From assembly GCA_047285805.1 (NCBI GenBank), contig JBJBCN010000003.1, positions 448,001 to 512,000 of the forward strand: 64,000 nt of DNA. The letters are read 5' to 3'. The position numbers were made by a program, and so were the translations under genes. The notes beneath the pieces are model-generated. The model saw only the letters and a list, made by a program, of their open reading frames with translations. It was not told the origin of the DNA and ran no database searches. This document shows, one piece after another, positions 20,787 to 34,706 of this stretch; positions within the stretch are counted from its first letter, which is position 1; each line of letters starts with the position of its first letter. The stretch comes from Synechococcus sp. (lineage in GTDB: Bacteria; Cyanobacteriota; Cyanobacteriia; PCC-6307; Cyanobiaceae).

Positions 20787-22412
20787 TTGCTGGAAGACGA
20801 TCCGAGTTTGGAGCCGGGGGCGCTGATCGGCGGTCGCTACCGCTTAGAGCGCTCTCTGGGGGAGGACCGCTGGTTGGCTTTGGATCAGGCGGCTGCCGAT
20901 GCGCCGACCCATCTCACTGTCCTGGGCAATCTGACGGAGGAGCAACGGGAGGACCTGAGCAAGCGCTGGCTTCAGCTCCAGCGGGTCTTGCATCCCCAGC
21001 TGCCTCGCTTTGGTGATCTGATCAACACCGGCGATGCTCTGTTGCTGCCACGCGCCTGGCAGGAGGGGGAGACCCTGCAGGCCTTGCTGGATGCTGGCGA
21101 GACCTTCTCGCTGGAGGACGTCTTGGCTTTGCTGTGTCAGCTGTTGGCGCTGCTGGCCCATCTGCATAGCCAGCGGCTCTCCTGCGCGGATTGGTCACCG
21201 GCTTACATCCTGCGTCGATCGGCGGATGTTCGGCTGGTCCCTTTGGCGCTTGAGCAGCTTGCCCCTTGGGATCCCCAGCGCGACCTCCTCGCCATCGCAG
21301 ATTTGGCTCAAACCTTGCTGGCGGAGCAGGCCGCGGCCTCCTTGGCCTCGATTGGACCGCTCCAGGCCTTGAGTAGCGATCAGCAGGCGTTGCGTTTCCC
21401 ATCTGCCTCCGCGGCCCTCGCCGCTTTTCAACAGTTCACGCCCGCTGTCCCTTCACCCGCACTGCCAGAAGTGGTGCGCCATTCGACCCCTTCCCGAAGG
21501 CGGAAGCGGCAGCAGCAGATGGATGCCGAAGGACGCCTCTGGCCCGTGGTGGTTGCCCTTGTGGGGCTGTCGGTCGCGGGTACCGCTTTTGGATGGCTTC
21601 TGCTTCATAGTCGTGGCCGGGTCTCGGGATCAATCATTTGGCCGAGTTTTCAACTGCGCCGGAGCTTGCCGACGGCTGAGATCAATCAACGGGAGGACTT
21701 GTTGAATCGCCTCCGGGCTCTGCAAGTGGACCGGCGTTGGTTTCTCAAGCTGGTGGATGCCAGTTGGCTCCAGCAATTCCCCGAGCGAGGCGGCCGGCTG
21801 CCCTCCGATAGCCAAGCGGATGCTCCCCTGCGGAAGGTCTGGAGCGAACTGGCCGAAGACTGGCTGAGCCGTGTGGAGCAGCTGCCCCTGCAGCTGCGCC
21901 CCCGGTTGGGCAACTTGACTGCCACCGATTGGAACCGGCGCCAGCAAGGCCTCGTGGCCCAGGGGCTCAGTCCTGAGGTGGTGGAGAAGCTTGTCTCTGG
22001 CAGTGCCCTGAACCTGCTGAATGGACCTGAGGCCGCTCAGATCCCCGCGGAGCCCTATCGGCAGCTTTGGTATGCCGCCGCCGAGCAGGTCCTGGGCAAC
22101 CTGCAGATTGAGTTGATCAAGGGGCAGCGCAACAGCACCAAAGCTCTCTCCGCCAGGGTCCCGGCGGGTGGTGCCCGGGTCTTCCCCATTCAGGTGCCTT
22201 CGGGCAGTCGCCTGGTTCTGGGGGTCAAGGGCTCGCCGTTGATGCAGATGAGTGTGTTCGCGGCCGATGGGCAGCTGCTGGAAGCCCGTGGTCCGCTGCG
22301 GGTGTTGAGCCTGGGGGATGTCAAACGCTCCCCGGTTCAGGTCTTGATCAGCAATGACGGTTTGTCGTCGGCGAGCCTGACCTTCTCCTTGCATGTGGAT
22401 CCGACTCAATAG
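20787..22412 (+). CDS. Ser/Thr protein kinase-like membrane protein with degenerate catalytic motifs
   Basis: [22 protein letters not shown] and RFPSA resemble a Hanks kinase fold. A central TM helix is present. HRD and DFG are absent. Confidence 0.75.
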   Translation: MLEDDPSLEPGALIGGRYRLERSLGEDRWLALDQAAADAPTHLTVLGNLTEEQREDLSKRWLQLQRVLHPQLPRFGDLINTGDALLLPRAWQEGETLQALLDAGETFSLEDVLALLCQLLALLAHLHSQRLSCADWSPAYILRRSADVRLVPLALEQLAPWDPQRDLLAIADLAQTLLAEQAAASLASIGPLQALSSDQQALRFPSASAALAAFQQFTPAVPSPALPEVVRHSTPSRRRKRQQQMDAEGRLWPVVVALVGLSVAGTAFGWLLLHSRGRVSGSIIWPSFQLRRSLPTAEINQREDLLNRLRALQVDRRWFLKLVDASWLQQFPERGGRLPSDSQADAPLRKVWSELAEDWLSRVEQLPLQLRPRLGNLTATDWNRRQQGLVAQGLSPEVVEKLVSGSALNLLNGPEAAQIPAEPYRQLWYAAAEQVLGNLQIELIKGQRNSTKALSARVPAGGARVFPIQVPSGSRLVLGVKGSPLMQMSVFAADGQLLEARGPLRVLSLGDVKRSPVQVLISNDGLSSASLTFSLHVDPTQ

Positions 22413-22903
22413 CGGGCGATGGCTTTTTTGGCGTCCTTGATGTCCTGCTTGCGCCGCTCCTCCTGACGTTTGTCATGGAGCTTGCGGCCCTTGCCGAGGC
22501 CAATAGTCGCTTTGATCCAGGACCCCTTCAGGTGGATGTTCAGGGGAATCAAGGTGAGGCCCTTCTGGTCCACGGCGATTCGCAACTTGTCGATCTCCTT
22601 GCGGTGGGCGAGCAGGCGACGGGTCCGGAGGGGTTCGTGGTTGAAGTAGGCGCCGGCGTGTGTGTGTGGGGAGATGTGGACGTTGTGCAGCTGCAGCTGC
22701 CCTTTGCGGATCAAGCAGAAGCCATCGCGAAGGTTCACTTGGCCAGCCCGGATGGACTTGACCTCGGTGCCCATCAGCTCCACGCCGCACTCCAGCGTTT
22801 CGAGAATCTCGTACTGATGCCGCGCGAAGCGGTTGTCCGCCAGCAATTTGTTGGCGGCATCCCGAAGGGCCTTGGCGTTCTTTTTGCCCCCGCCCTTGGC
22901 CAT
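22406..22903 (-). CDS. smpB: SsrA-binding protein SmpB
   Basis: [29 protein letters not shown] and [10 protein letters not shown]. Confidence 0.97.
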   Translation of the reverse strand: MAKGGGKKNAKALRDAANKLLADNRFARHQYEILETLECGVELMGTEVKSIRAGQVNLRDGFCLIRKGQLQLHNVHISPHTHAGAYFNHEPLRTRRLLAHRKEIDKLRIAVDQKGLTLIPLNIHLKGSWIKATIGLGKGRKLHDKRQEERRKQDIKDAKKAIARY

Positions 22904-22981
22904 GGCGCTGTGATCCAGGTGTACCGACCCTAGGGATGGACCCGCTGGCCGGCGGCTGTCCGCTGCCGATACCCTCGAGCG

Positions 22982-24022
22982 ATGGCCATCGTCTCTTCGG
23001 GATCAACAGCGCCGCGCGAGCCGGCCCCGAGGTTGGTGGATCCCGCCGTGAGTGAGCAGGAGAAGCCGCTGCAGCGGGAGGACTCGCTCCGGCCCAAGCA
23101 GTTGGCGGACTACATCGGCCAGAGCGAGCTCAAACAGGTACTTGGCATTGCGATTGAGGCCACCCAAGCGCGGGATGAAGCCCTCGATCATGTGTTGCTC
23201 TACGGCCCCCCCGGGTTGGGGAAGACCACGATGGCGATGGTTTTGGCCGAAGAGTTGGGGGTGCGTTGCCGCATTACCAGTGCCCCGGCGTTGGAGCGCC
23301 CCCGCGACATCGTCGGCCTACTCGTGAACCTGCAGCCTCGGGAGCTGCTGTTCATCGATGAAATTCACCGCCTTACCCGGGTCTCCGAAGAGCTGCTCTA
23401 TCCGGCGATGGAGGACTTTCGCCTTGATCTCACGGTCGGTAAGGGCACGACGGCCCGGACCCGAACGATTCCATTGGCTCCCTTCACCTTGGTCGGGGCG
23501 ACGACGCGGGCGGGTTCGTTGAGTTCTCCGCTGCGGGATCGCTTTGGTCTGATCCAGCGGCTGGAGTTCTACGGACTGGAGGATCTCCAGGCGATCGTGC
23601 AGCGCGCAGCCGGTTTGCTTCAACTCGACTTGGCCGAAGAGGCTGCCCTAGAAGTGGCCCGCCGTTGTAGGGGCACCCCGCGGATCGCTAATCGCTTGCT
23701 GCGTCGTGTGCGGGATGTTGCCTCCGTCCGCCGCCATGCGCGGGTGAGCGCTGAGTTGGTGCAGCAGGCCTTGAGCCTGCATCGGGTGGATGGCCGCGGC
23801 TTGGATGCCAGCGACCGTCGCCTGTTGGATCTGCTCCACAGCGGCTACGGCGGCGGACCCGTGGGTCTTGACACCCTTGCGGCTGGCTTGGGGGAAGACC
23901 CCGTCACCCTGGAATCGGTGGTCGAGCCGTTCCTCTTGCAACAGGGCCTGTTGCAGCGCACCCCCCGGGGGCGTGTGATCACCCAGGCCGGCATTGATCA
24001 CCTGCAGGGTCAAGCGGCATGA
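22982..24022 (+). CDS. ruvB: Holliday junction branch migration helicase RuvB
   Basis: [29 protein letters not shown] and [16 protein letters not shown]. Confidence 0.98.
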   Translation: MAIVSSGSTAPREPAPRLVDPAVSEQEKPLQREDSLRPKQLADYIGQSELKQVLGIAIEATQARDEALDHVLLYGPPGLGKTTMAMVLAEELGVRCRITSAPALERPRDIVGLLVNLQPRELLFIDEIHRLTRVSEELLYPAMEDFRLDLTVGKGTTARTRTIPLAPFTLVGATTRAGSLSSPLRDRFGLIQRLEFYGLEDLQAIVQRAAGLLQLDLAEEAALEVARRCRGTPRIANRLLRRVRDVASVRRHARVSAELVQQALSLHRVDGRGLDASDRRLLDLLHSGYGGGPVGLDTLAAGLGEDPVTLESVVEPFLLQQGLLQRTPRGRVITQAGIDHLQGQAA

Positions 24023-24756
24023 CAGTCCTGTTTGCGCTCGTGCTGGCGGTGCAGCTGAGTCTGCCCCAACTGTTTGACCAGGCTCTGACGGCAAGTCGTG
24101 AGGGAGCCTTTCCACAGGCTCTGGACCTTTGGAATCAGGTGCTGGAGCTGGCTCCGGAGGACGCTGCTGCTTGGAGTAATCGCGGCAATATCCAGCTCGC
24201 CCTTGGGGATCCCGAGGCGGCCATTGCCGACCAGTCCAAGGCAATTGAGCTGGATCACAGCAACGCTGATCCCCATCTGAACCGCGGCACCGCCGAAGAA
24301 GCCCTGAAGCAGTGGGACGCTGCTGAAGCAGATTATCGCTGGATCCTCGAGCGGGGTCCCGATGCCTCGGCTCTCTACAACCTTGGCAATGTTCAGGTCT
24401 CCAAGGGCGATTGGCAGCAGGCCCGGGACAGTTTTGAGCAGGCATCCCAGGAACGTCCCGGCTTTGCGATGGCCCGCTCGAGTACTGCTCTAGCGGACTT
24501 TCAGCTTGGAGATCTGGACCGGGCTGAGAAGGAGTTGCGCAACATCATTCGCCGCTATCCCCTGTTTGCCGATGCCAGGGCGGCGTTGACGGCCTTGCTG
24601 TGGCGCAAGGGTGAATCCGGGGAAGCCGAAAGCCATTGGGCTTCGGCTGCGGGCCTGGATCCCCGTTATCGCCAGCCAGAATGGCTCTTAGAGATTCGGC
24701 GCTGGCCGCCGGTTCCGGCCCAAGCCCTGTCTGACTTTTTGGCCCTGAGCAGCTGA
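24019..24756 (+). CDS. TPR repeat protein
   Basis: Repeats AWSNRG, PHLNRG and ALYNLGN. Confidence 0.88.
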   Translation: MTVLFALVLAVQLSLPQLFDQALTASREGAFPQALDLWNQVLELAPEDAAAWSNRGNIQLALGDPEAAIADQSKAIELDHSNADPHLNRGTAEEALKQWDAAEADYRWILERGPDASALYNLGNVQVSKGDWQQARDSFEQASQERPGFAMARSSTALADFQLGDLDRAEKELRNIIRRYPLFADARAALTALLWRKGESGEAESHWASAAGLDPRYRQPEWLLEIRRWPPVPAQALSDFLALSS

Positions 24757-25946
24757 TGCCCGATCTGCTCTCCCGCGATCAGCTCAAGGCGGAGGTCAAG
24801 GCCGCCCAGCAGGAGCTTCTGGTGATACGGCGGCATTTGCATGCCCATCCGGAACTCAGTGGTAATGAGCATCAGACCGCCGCGTTGGTCGCCGGTGAGC
24901 TGCGCAAGCTGGGCTGGCGGGTCCAGGAAGGGGTTGGCCGCACCGGGGTAGTGGCCGAGCTCGGCCCACACGCAGGGCCGGTCGTGGCCCTGCGTGTGGA
25001 TATGGACGCGCTGCCTGTCGAGGAGCGCACCGGCCTGCCCTATGCCTCGTTGAATCAGGGCTTGATGCACGCCTGCGGCCACGACATCCACACGACTGTG
25101 GGGTTGGGTGTGGCTCGGATCCTTGGACCCTTGGCTGAGCGGCTAGGTGGCACGGTGCGATTGCTGTTTCAACCGGCCGAGGAGACTGCGCAAGGGGCCG
25201 CCTGGATGGTCGCCGATGGGGCGATGCAGGGGGTGGATGCCCTGTTTGGGGTGCATGTCTTCCCGTGCCTGCCGGTGGGCACGATTGGGGTGCGCAGCGG
25301 CAGCCTGACCGCGGCGGCGGGGGAGTTGGAGGTGGAGGTGTTGGGCCAGGGTGGCCATGGGGCCCGTCCCCACCAGAGCACCGATGCCATCTGGATTGCG
25401 GCACGGGTGGTGAGCGGCTTGCAAGAGGCGATCAGCCGCAGGCTGGATGCCCTGCATCCCGTGGTGGTCAGCTTTGGCCGGATTGAAGGGGGGAAGGCGT
25501 TCAACGTGATCGCCGATCACGTGCGCTTGCTGGGAACGGTCCGTTGCCTGGATTTGGACCTCCATGCCCAGTTGCCGGGTTGGATTGAGGAGACCGTGCA
25601 GGCCATCTGCAAGGGCTATGGCGGCGAGGCCCGGGTGCGCTACCGCTGCATCTCACCGCCTGTCCACAACGACGCTGAGCTGACCCAGCTGCTGGCCGAT
25701 GAGGCGGTAGCTCTGCTGGGACGCTCGCGGGTCGAATGGCTCGATCAGCCCTCGCTTGGGGCTGAGGACTTTGCGGAGTTGCAGCGGGAGACCCCGAGCA
25801 CGATGTTCCGTCTCGGGGTGGCGGGACCTGGTGGCTGCACACCGCTGCACAGCAACACCTTTGCCGCTGACGAGGACTCTTTGGCCGTGGGCGTTCAGGT
25901 GTTGAGCGCGAGTTTGCTGCGCTGGTTGGAGCGGGCCGCGGCATGA
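24756..25946 (+). CDS. M20 family amidohydrolase
   Basis: RRHLHAHPELS, RVDMDALP, MHACGHD, FQPAEE and GAEDF. Confidence 0.93.
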   Translation: MPDLLSRDQLKAEVKAAQQELLVIRRHLHAHPELSGNEHQTAALVAGELRKLGWRVQEGVGRTGVVAELGPHAGPVVALRVDMDALPVEERTGLPYASLNQGLMHACGHDIHTTVGLGVARILGPLAERLGGTVRLLFQPAEETAQGAAWMVADGAMQGVDALFGVHVFPCLPVGTIGVRSGSLTAAAGELEVEVLGQGGHGARPHQSTDAIWIAARVVSGLQEAISRRLDALHPVVVSFGRIEGGKAFNVIADHVRLLGTVRCLDLDLHAQLPGWIEETVQAICKGYGGEARVRYRCISPPVHNDAELTQLLADEAVALLGRSRVEWLDQPSLGAEDFAELQRETPSTMFRLGVAGPGGCTPLHSNTFAADEDSLAVGVQVLSASLLRWLERAAA

Positions 25947-26158
25947 CCCCGATGAGTCGACTGGGACGAGATCTGCTGGCTTGTTCCACGCTGCTTTTGG
26001 TTGTGCTAGGGCTGCTCGGCATACTGCTGCGTCAGGGGCCGGACCGCCTGCAAGCCCTACCGGCCCTTTTGATTGGATTGGCCCTCTTGCTCCAGAGCGC
26101 CTGGAGTTGGCGCCGTCGGCGCCGCTCCATCCTTGGCATCCTCAAAGACGAGCGGTAG
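25943..26158 (+). CDS. Small two-TM membrane protein (DUF3188-like)
   Basis: Two hydrophobic helices, DRLQALPA and a basic tail; overlaps the upstream stop. Confidence 0.65.
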   Translation: MTPMSRLGRDLLACSTLLLVVLGLLGILLRQGPDRLQALPALLIGLALLLQSAWSWRRRRRSILGILKDER

Positions 26159-26173
26159 AGGCAAAGTGGGCTG

Positions 26174-26746
26174 ATGAACGTTGATGACCTTCGCGAAGCG
26201 ATAGCCTCGGACAACCCTGGCCGGGCCCGTCCTGCTTTGGCCAGTCTGGTTAATGCCAGTCCCGATGAAGCTGAGCCGTTGTTGCTGTTGGGGCTTGAGC
26301 AAGACGACATGATCCTGCGTCAACTCAGTTGCTCGGGCCTGGGGCATAAGCCCACACCGGCCGGTTGGGAGCCCTTGGTGCAGACCTTGAAGAACGACTC
26401 GGAGGTGGCCGTGCGTGCTGAGGCAGCGAATGCTTTAGTCAGTCATGGCCTCAATCGGGCCTGGCCACTCCTGCTGGATGCGTTCGTCTCTGAAGATGAG
26501 TGGCTAATTCGCTGCAGCATCCTGTCGGCCGTTGCCGAGCACCCCGAGATTGCTCCTGAGCAATTGCTTCAGCTGGCGCGCTTGGCCGTCGCCCAGACCG
26601 ATGGCACGGTTCGGGTTGGAGGCACAGAAATCTTGGCTCGCTTGGTACGGGAAGGCATGGGCGAGGCGCGAGAGGTGCTGCAGGGCCTGCAGCAGGACAG
26701 CGATCATCGGGTAGTCGCGGCAGCCTTGAACGGTTTGCAGGGCTAA
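26174..26746 (+). CDS. HEAT-repeat protein (NblB/phycobilin lyase-like)
   Basis: VRAEAANAL, DEWLIRCSIL and DSDHRVVAAAL repeats. Confidence 0.85.
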   Translation: MNVDDLREAIASDNPGRARPALASLVNASPDEAEPLLLLGLEQDDMILRQLSCSGLGHKPTPAGWEPLVQTLKNDSEVAVRAEAANALVSHGLNRAWPLLLDAFVSEDEWLIRCSILSAVAEHPEIAPEQLLQLARLAVAQTDGTVRVGGTEILARLVREGMGEAREVLQGLQQDSDHRVVAAALNGLQG

Positions 26747-27744
26747 TGGCAGAAACCATGTCAGCCTTGACCCGGTGCCTACAGCAGGAGGCCGCTGCCA
26801 TCGCCGATACAGCGTCTCGCTTGAGCGTTGGACAAGTCGAGGCAGCGCTCAGGCTGCTGCAGCATTGCAGTGATCAGGGCCGCAAGTTAGTGATCAGCGG
26901 GGTCGGGAAGAGCGGCATCGTGGCCAGAAAAATTGCCGCGACCTTTTCATCGATTGGCTTAACTGCGATTTATCTCAATCCCTTGGATGCGCTCCATGGC
27001 GACTTGGGGGTTGTCGTCCAAGACGACGTTGTTTTGCTGCTCTCCAACAGCGGCGAAACCGAGGAATTGGTCCAACTGCTTCCTCACCTGAAACGCAGGG
27101 GTGTGCCGACGATTGCCTTGGTGGGCCGCCTTCAATCCAGCCTGGCTCGAGCCAGTGACGTCGTGCTGGATGGTTCCGTTGATCGCGAGGTTTGTCCGCT
27201 CAACCTGGCACCGACGGCTAGCACCGCTGTGGCCATGGCCATCGGTGATGCCTTGGCGGTGGTCTGGATGGAGCGCTCGGGGGTGTCGCCCCAGGATTTT
27301 GCCCTCAATCACCCGGCTGGCGCGTTGGGCAAGAAGCTCACGCTTACCGCGGCAGATTTGATGGTTCCCGTGGCCAGCCTCCGGGCATTGGCACCAGCGG
27401 CTCCTCTGCAAGAGGTCATTTCCGCTTTGACGGATGCCGGTGTTGGCGCCTCTTGGGTTGCCAGCCCGCAGGACGCCACGCAGCTGGTCGGTTTAATCAC
27501 GGACGGCGACTTGCGCAGGGCGCTGCAAGAGGCTGGATCTGGCGGTTGGGCCCAGTTGCAGGCGTTAGATTTAATGACCGCTGATCCGATCACTGTTCCA
27601 GGCGCCACTTTGGCGGTTGACGCGATGGAGCTGATGGAGCGCAATCGCCGCAAGGCGATTGCGGTGCTGCCGGTGGTGGCGCCATCGGGGGAGTTAGAGG
27701 GGTTGCTGCGACTGCACGATCTCGTTCAGGCCGGGTTGCGTTGA
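26746..27744 (+). CDS. kdsD: Arabinose-5-phosphate isomerase (KpsF/GutQ)
   Basis: GVGKSGIVARKIAATFSS, ALHGDLG, SNSGET, LAPTAST, HPAGALG and a CBS pair. Confidence 0.95.
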   Translation: MAETMSALTRCLQQEAAAIADTASRLSVGQVEAALRLLQHCSDQGRKLVISGVGKSGIVARKIAATFSSIGLTAIYLNPLDALHGDLGVVVQDDVVLLLSNSGETEELVQLLPHLKRRGVPTIALVGRLQSSLARASDVVLDGSVDREVCPLNLAPTASTAVAMAIGDALAVVWMERSGVSPQDFALNHPAGALGKKLTLTAADLMVPVASLRALAPAAPLQEVISALTDAGVGASWVASPQDATQLVGLITDGDLRRALQEAGSGGWAQLQALDLMTADPITVPGATLAVDAMELMERNRRKAIAVLPVVAPSGELEGLLRLHDLVQAGLR

Positions 27745-28298
27745 TGTGGGCTCGATGGCGCTGGAGAGGGCTTTCGAAGCGCCTAGCAAGGATCAAGCTC
27801 GTGCTGCTTGATGTGGATGGTGTGCTGACCGATGGCTCCCTCTTCTATGGGCCAGATGGGCAGCTGAGTAAACGCTTCAATGTGCGGGATGGACTAGGGA
27901 TTCGCCTGCTTCAAAACGAGGGCATCGAGGTGGCTTTTTTGAGCGGAGGCCGCGGCGGCGCCACAGAACTGAGGGCCCAACACTTAGGGATCCGCCACTG
28001 CCTGGTTGGTGCAACAGATAAGCCCCATGCTCTGACCGAGCTGTGTCAACGCGTGGGTGTAGGTCCAGAGCAGATCGTTTACGTCGGAGACGATCTCAAT
28101 GACTTGGCACTATCGGGCAGGGTCGGTTTGTTGATCGCCACGGCGGATGCTGTGGGACCTTTGCGGCGTCGCGCTGATGCGGTGCTGCGTCATCAGGGGG
28201 GCGATGGAGCGGTGCGAGAGCTCGCTGAACGCTTGTTGCAATCCCGGGGTGAGTGGGAACAGCTTTGTCGGCAGGGTTGGCGCGATCGCAACGACTAA
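27744..28298 (+). CDS. kdsC: Kdo-8-phosphate phosphatase
   Basis: HAD motif LDVDGVLTDG, FNVRDGLGI, YVGDDLND and GGDGAVRE. Confidence 0.93.
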   Translation: MWARWRWRGLSKRLARIKLVLLDVDGVLTDGSLFYGPDGQLSKRFNVRDGLGIRLLQNEGIEVAFLSGGRGGATELRAQHLGIRHCLVGATDKPHALTELCQRVGVGPEQIVYVGDDLNDLALSGRVGLLIATADAVGPLRRRADAVLRHQGGDGAVRELAERLLQSRGEWEQLCRQGWRDRND

Positions 28299-28304
28299 TC
28301 GCGA

Positions 28305-29075
28305 TTACAGCTCTGCAGCAGCGATCGTCCTGGCTTGTTCGAGTTGCTCAGCGGTATCAACAGACAGCGATTCCTCATCTACTTGAAAGGTGCCGATCTC
28401 AATGCCGGCTTCGATCAATCTGAGCTGCTCCAATTTCTCATGCTGCTCCAGAGGTGAAGGAGGTAGATCAGCCCATCGTTCAAGGACATCGGCCCGATAG
28501 CCGTAGATGCCAACGTGCCCCCAGTAGCTCGCATGGTCTGCCCAGTGCTCAGGATCGACGCCGCGTACATGCGGAATTGCCGAGCGCGAAAAATAAAGGG
28601 CCCGACCATCTGCTGCTAACAGGGTCTTCACCACATTGGGATTGTGGATGTTCTTGGCAGACATTCGATAGACCGGTGTCAATACCTCGGGTGTGGGATT
28701 CCGAGTGCTGAAGGCGTCAGCCATGGCATCGATCACGTGTGGATCGATGAACGGTTGATCACCCTGGACGTTGATGATCAAGCTGGATGCGGCGGATCCA
28801 CCCCATTGGCTGATCAATTGCCTGGTCACCGAGGCGATCCGCTCACTGCCGGAGGCGCATTTGGCGCTTGTGAGCAGCGCTTCAAAGCCCCAACGCTTGG
28901 CTTGTTCTAGGAGCTGGTCGCTGTCGGTACAGAGCACAACGGCTGCGGGGCTATTGGCTTGGGCGCAGCGCTCGAGCACCCGCTGCAGCATCGGTTTGCC
29001 GCCGACGTCAGCCAGCACCTTGTTGGGAAGACGGCTTGATTCCAGGCGAGCTGGAACGGCGACCAGACAATTCAT
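28305..29075 (-). CDS. kdsB: CMP-Kdo synthetase
   Basis: PARLESSRLPNK, SGSERI, NVQGDQP, ALYFSRSAIP and LEQHEKLEQLR. Confidence 0.96.
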   Translation of the reverse strand: MNCLVAVPARLESSRLPNKVLADVGGKPMLQRVLERCAQANSPAAVVLCTDSDQLLEQAKRWGFEALLTSAKCASGSERIASVTRQLISQWGGSAASSLIINVQGDQPFIDPHVIDAMADAFSTRNPTPEVLTPVYRMSAKNIHNPNVVKTLLAADGRALYFSRSAIPHVRGVDPEHWADHASYWGHVGIYGYRADVLERWADLPPSPLEQHEKLEQLRLIEAGIEIGTFQVDEESLSVDTAEQLEQARTIAAAEL

Positions 29076-29773
29076 CACTCAAACAAGCGGAAGGCTTCAT
29101 CACGGGCAACAAACCACTCAGCAGCCAGCGCCCCACCCATGGTCCGCTGGGCTTGAAACCAGGGACCTCCGAGGGTCCAGTGCAGGAGTGATGCTGATTT
29201 TGCCTTTTCTGGCTCCTGAACGGCCACAAGGTGATTCCAGCCATTGGGAAGTGCCCCGATTTCGTGATCCCCGGCCAGCCAGTGAAAGCGATGCAATTCG
29301 AGGCCGCTCGCGCTGTTGACGTATTCGGGTGTGAGAGCGGTGCAGCGGCTGCAGTTCAAAAGCATCAGCGAGCTCCAATTTTTTTTCGGGTAGGCGCTCT
29401 GAACTTCACCGAGAAACTTCGTGGTTTCGCCAGGCACATGCTCGTGCTGAACGCACTGCACGGCGAATCGCTCATCCCGCAGCGCCCAGAGTTCGGTGAT
29501 GTCGCCGCGGGCGAGCATGTCGCAGTCCATAAAGACGGCCCAGCCCTCGTAACCCATGAGGTGAGGCACAAGAAAGCGCGTGAAGGAGAAGGCGGTGCTT
29601 TGCTTGGGGTCACGGGGCCGCCAGTAGAGCTTCTGTGCCTCTAGTTGCGGTGTCACGAGCGGCGTGATCGCTAGGGGGACCCTGCTGTGCCGGCATAGGC
29701 TGTCGATCAAGACGTTGGTTGCGGCCCGCTCACGCGGGTCAACGCCAATGAAGATGGGGATCGGCCTGCTCAT
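29075..29773 (-). CDS. GT-A glycosyltransferase (plant CDI-like)
   Basis: IFIGVDPRE, STAFSFTRFLVP, DxD motif FMDCDML, YPKKNWSS and HWTLGGPWF. Confidence 0.8.
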   Translation of the reverse strand: MSRPIPIFIGVDPRERAATNVLIDSLCRHSRVPLAITPLVTPQLEAQKLYWRPRDPKQSTAFSFTRFLVPHLMGYEGWAVFMDCDMLARGDITELWALRDERFAVQCVQHEHVPGETTKFLGEVQSAYPKKNWSSLMLLNCSRCTALTPEYVNSASGLELHRFHWLAGDHEIGALPNGWNHLVAVQEPEKAKSASLLHWTLGGPWFQAQRTMGGALAAEWFVARDEAFRLFE

Positions 29774-29782
29774 GCCTGGAGG

Positions 29783-31089
<1,307 letters not shown>

Positions 31090-31126
31090 GGCACTCAGCT
31101 GACGGCCCTTGCTAGGTTTGCTGAGT

Positions 31127-33045
<1,919 letters not shown>

Positions 33046-33056
33046 GCCGGAAGAAT

Positions 33057-34184
33057 ATGCACGTCTCATTCTTTAAAAAGCCTCAAATTAACTCTCAATA
33101 TCGAAAAAAGTTCTATGAGTACCTAGATCAACTCATTACCGGTGATGATTCGCTAGTTTTGGGTCACTACTGTAAGGAGTTTGAAAAAGAGTTTGCTAGA
33201 ACTCTTGGTGCTTCTCATTGTAACTTTGTCTCTAATGGCTTAGATGCTCTTTCAATTGCACTGAGAGCCGTAGGTGTACAGGCTGATGATGTTGTTATTG
33301 TTCCCAACCACACTTACATTGCAACTTGGATCGCACCTCTCTCAATTGGCTGCAATTTGATAGTCGCACCTGTTTCTGAGATTGATCTATTACTTGAGCC
33401 CTCTACGATTGAGAAGTATATAACAAGCAAAGTTCGTTGTATTATTCCCGTTCACTTATATGGGAATGCGTGCCAAATGCAGAAAATCATGTGTTTGGGT
33501 GAAAAGCACTCCCTAGTTGTTGTTGAGGATGCAGCTCAGGCACATGGAGCTAGATCTGGTGACAAATATATAGGTAATTGGGGTGATGCAACATGCTTTA
33601 GTTTTTATCCAACTAAAAACTTAGGTGCTCTTGGAGAAGCGGGTGCTGTTACCACGAACGACCCTAGGATCGCATCATTTGTTCAAAGCTATAAGAACTA
33701 TGGACGCTCTTTGTCTGATCCGTCTCTTAATACTCTGCTAGGTTCAAATCATCGTGGCGATGAAATTCAGGCAGCATTCTTAACTATTAAGCTCATGGCT
33801 CTCGATAAAATCATTAAAAGGCGACACGAAATAATCCAAAGGTATGAGCAGCGTATTAATGGCTCTACACTACCTTTTAAGCTGCTTCCATATCATAATT
33901 GTCAGAGTTCTCCCCATCTAGCAGTTGTACGTACAGAGAACAAAGCAACCAGAGACTCTCTCGCCGCATATTTGCACGCTAAGCAGATAGATGCTCCAAT
34001 TCACTATAAAAGACCTTGCCACACACAGCCGTGTATTGACACACAAAGAATTTCGATCGACCAAGAGTGCAAAGAACAGGCTCTCAAGATTTCTGAGACT
34101 ATCCTCTCAATTCCAATGAGTGAAGTACATACTAATGAAGAAATCGACTATGTGATTGAGACTCTTTGCCAATATGAATCATAA
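33057..34184 (+). CDS. DegT/DnrJ/StrS aminotransferase (FdtB-like)
   Basis: SNGLDAL, PVHLYG, EDAAQAHGA and PLP-lysine motif FSFYPTKNLGALG. Confidence 0.93.
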   Translation: MHVSFFKKPQINSQYRKKFYEYLDQLITGDDSLVLGHYCKEFEKEFARTLGASHCNFVSNGLDALSIALRAVGVQADDVVIVPNHTYIATWIAPLSIGCNLIVAPVSEIDLLLEPSTIEKYITSKVRCIIPVHLYGNACQMQKIMCLGEKHSLVVVEDAAQAHGARSGDKYIGNWGDATCFSFYPTKNLGALGEAGAVTTNDPRIASFVQSYKNYGRSLSDPSLNTLLGSNHRGDEIQAAFLTIKLMALDKIIKRRHEIIQRYEQRINGSTLPFKLLPYHNCQSSPHLAVVRTENKATRDSLAAYLHAKQIDAPIHYKRPCHTQPCIDTQRISIDQECKEQALKISETILSIPMSEVHTNEEIDYVIETLCQYES

Positions 34185-34189
34185 CCCCC

Positions 34190-34646
34190 TTCAGCTGATA
34201 ATCGGATTCCTTTAGCTTGGTTCCCTGAAACAACTGTATGGCATGCTACTGACATTGTTGCAACGCTTAGTTGCTGAAACCATAGAGCCTTTGCTAATTC
34301 TGATACGTGGCAAGATCACAGCTGCAGCACTAATGCGGCACCCTTCTTCAACTAAGATTATCTCAGGCTGCTTGCAATATTAGCTCTTTGGTTTTAAGTC
34401 GTTGAAGAAAGGCACCCAAGGTCCTATTAAAATAGAATCAATAATGATTCCTCCTCGCCAAAGAGAGACTTTTTTGATAGCAACTAGGTCACCTGTAATA
34501 GCCACGCTCTCAACAAAACACCTGTCAGATATGCTGCGGTCAGCACCAATTATTGCGCCTGAAATCATACTAACATATGACAATAACCTTTGTCTTTCTC
34601 CTACAAGCAAAGTCTTGATCACAGGGTGACGACCTTTGAAATACCC
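34190..34646 (-). pseudogene. Decayed FdtC/WxcM-like hexapeptide N-acetyltransferase
   Basis: Reads GAIIGADRSISDRCFVES..VSLWRG..IGPWVPFFNDLKPKS*YCKQP..VEEGCRISAAAVILPRIRISKGSMV, then shifts frame to HTVVSGNQAK. In-frame TAA at 34380-34382. Confidence 0.75.
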
Positions 34647-34706
34647 TTAAGCTGCAACCGCAAACTTATGAACATGATACGATGAGAATTACAAATAGTA
34701 ATCTTA

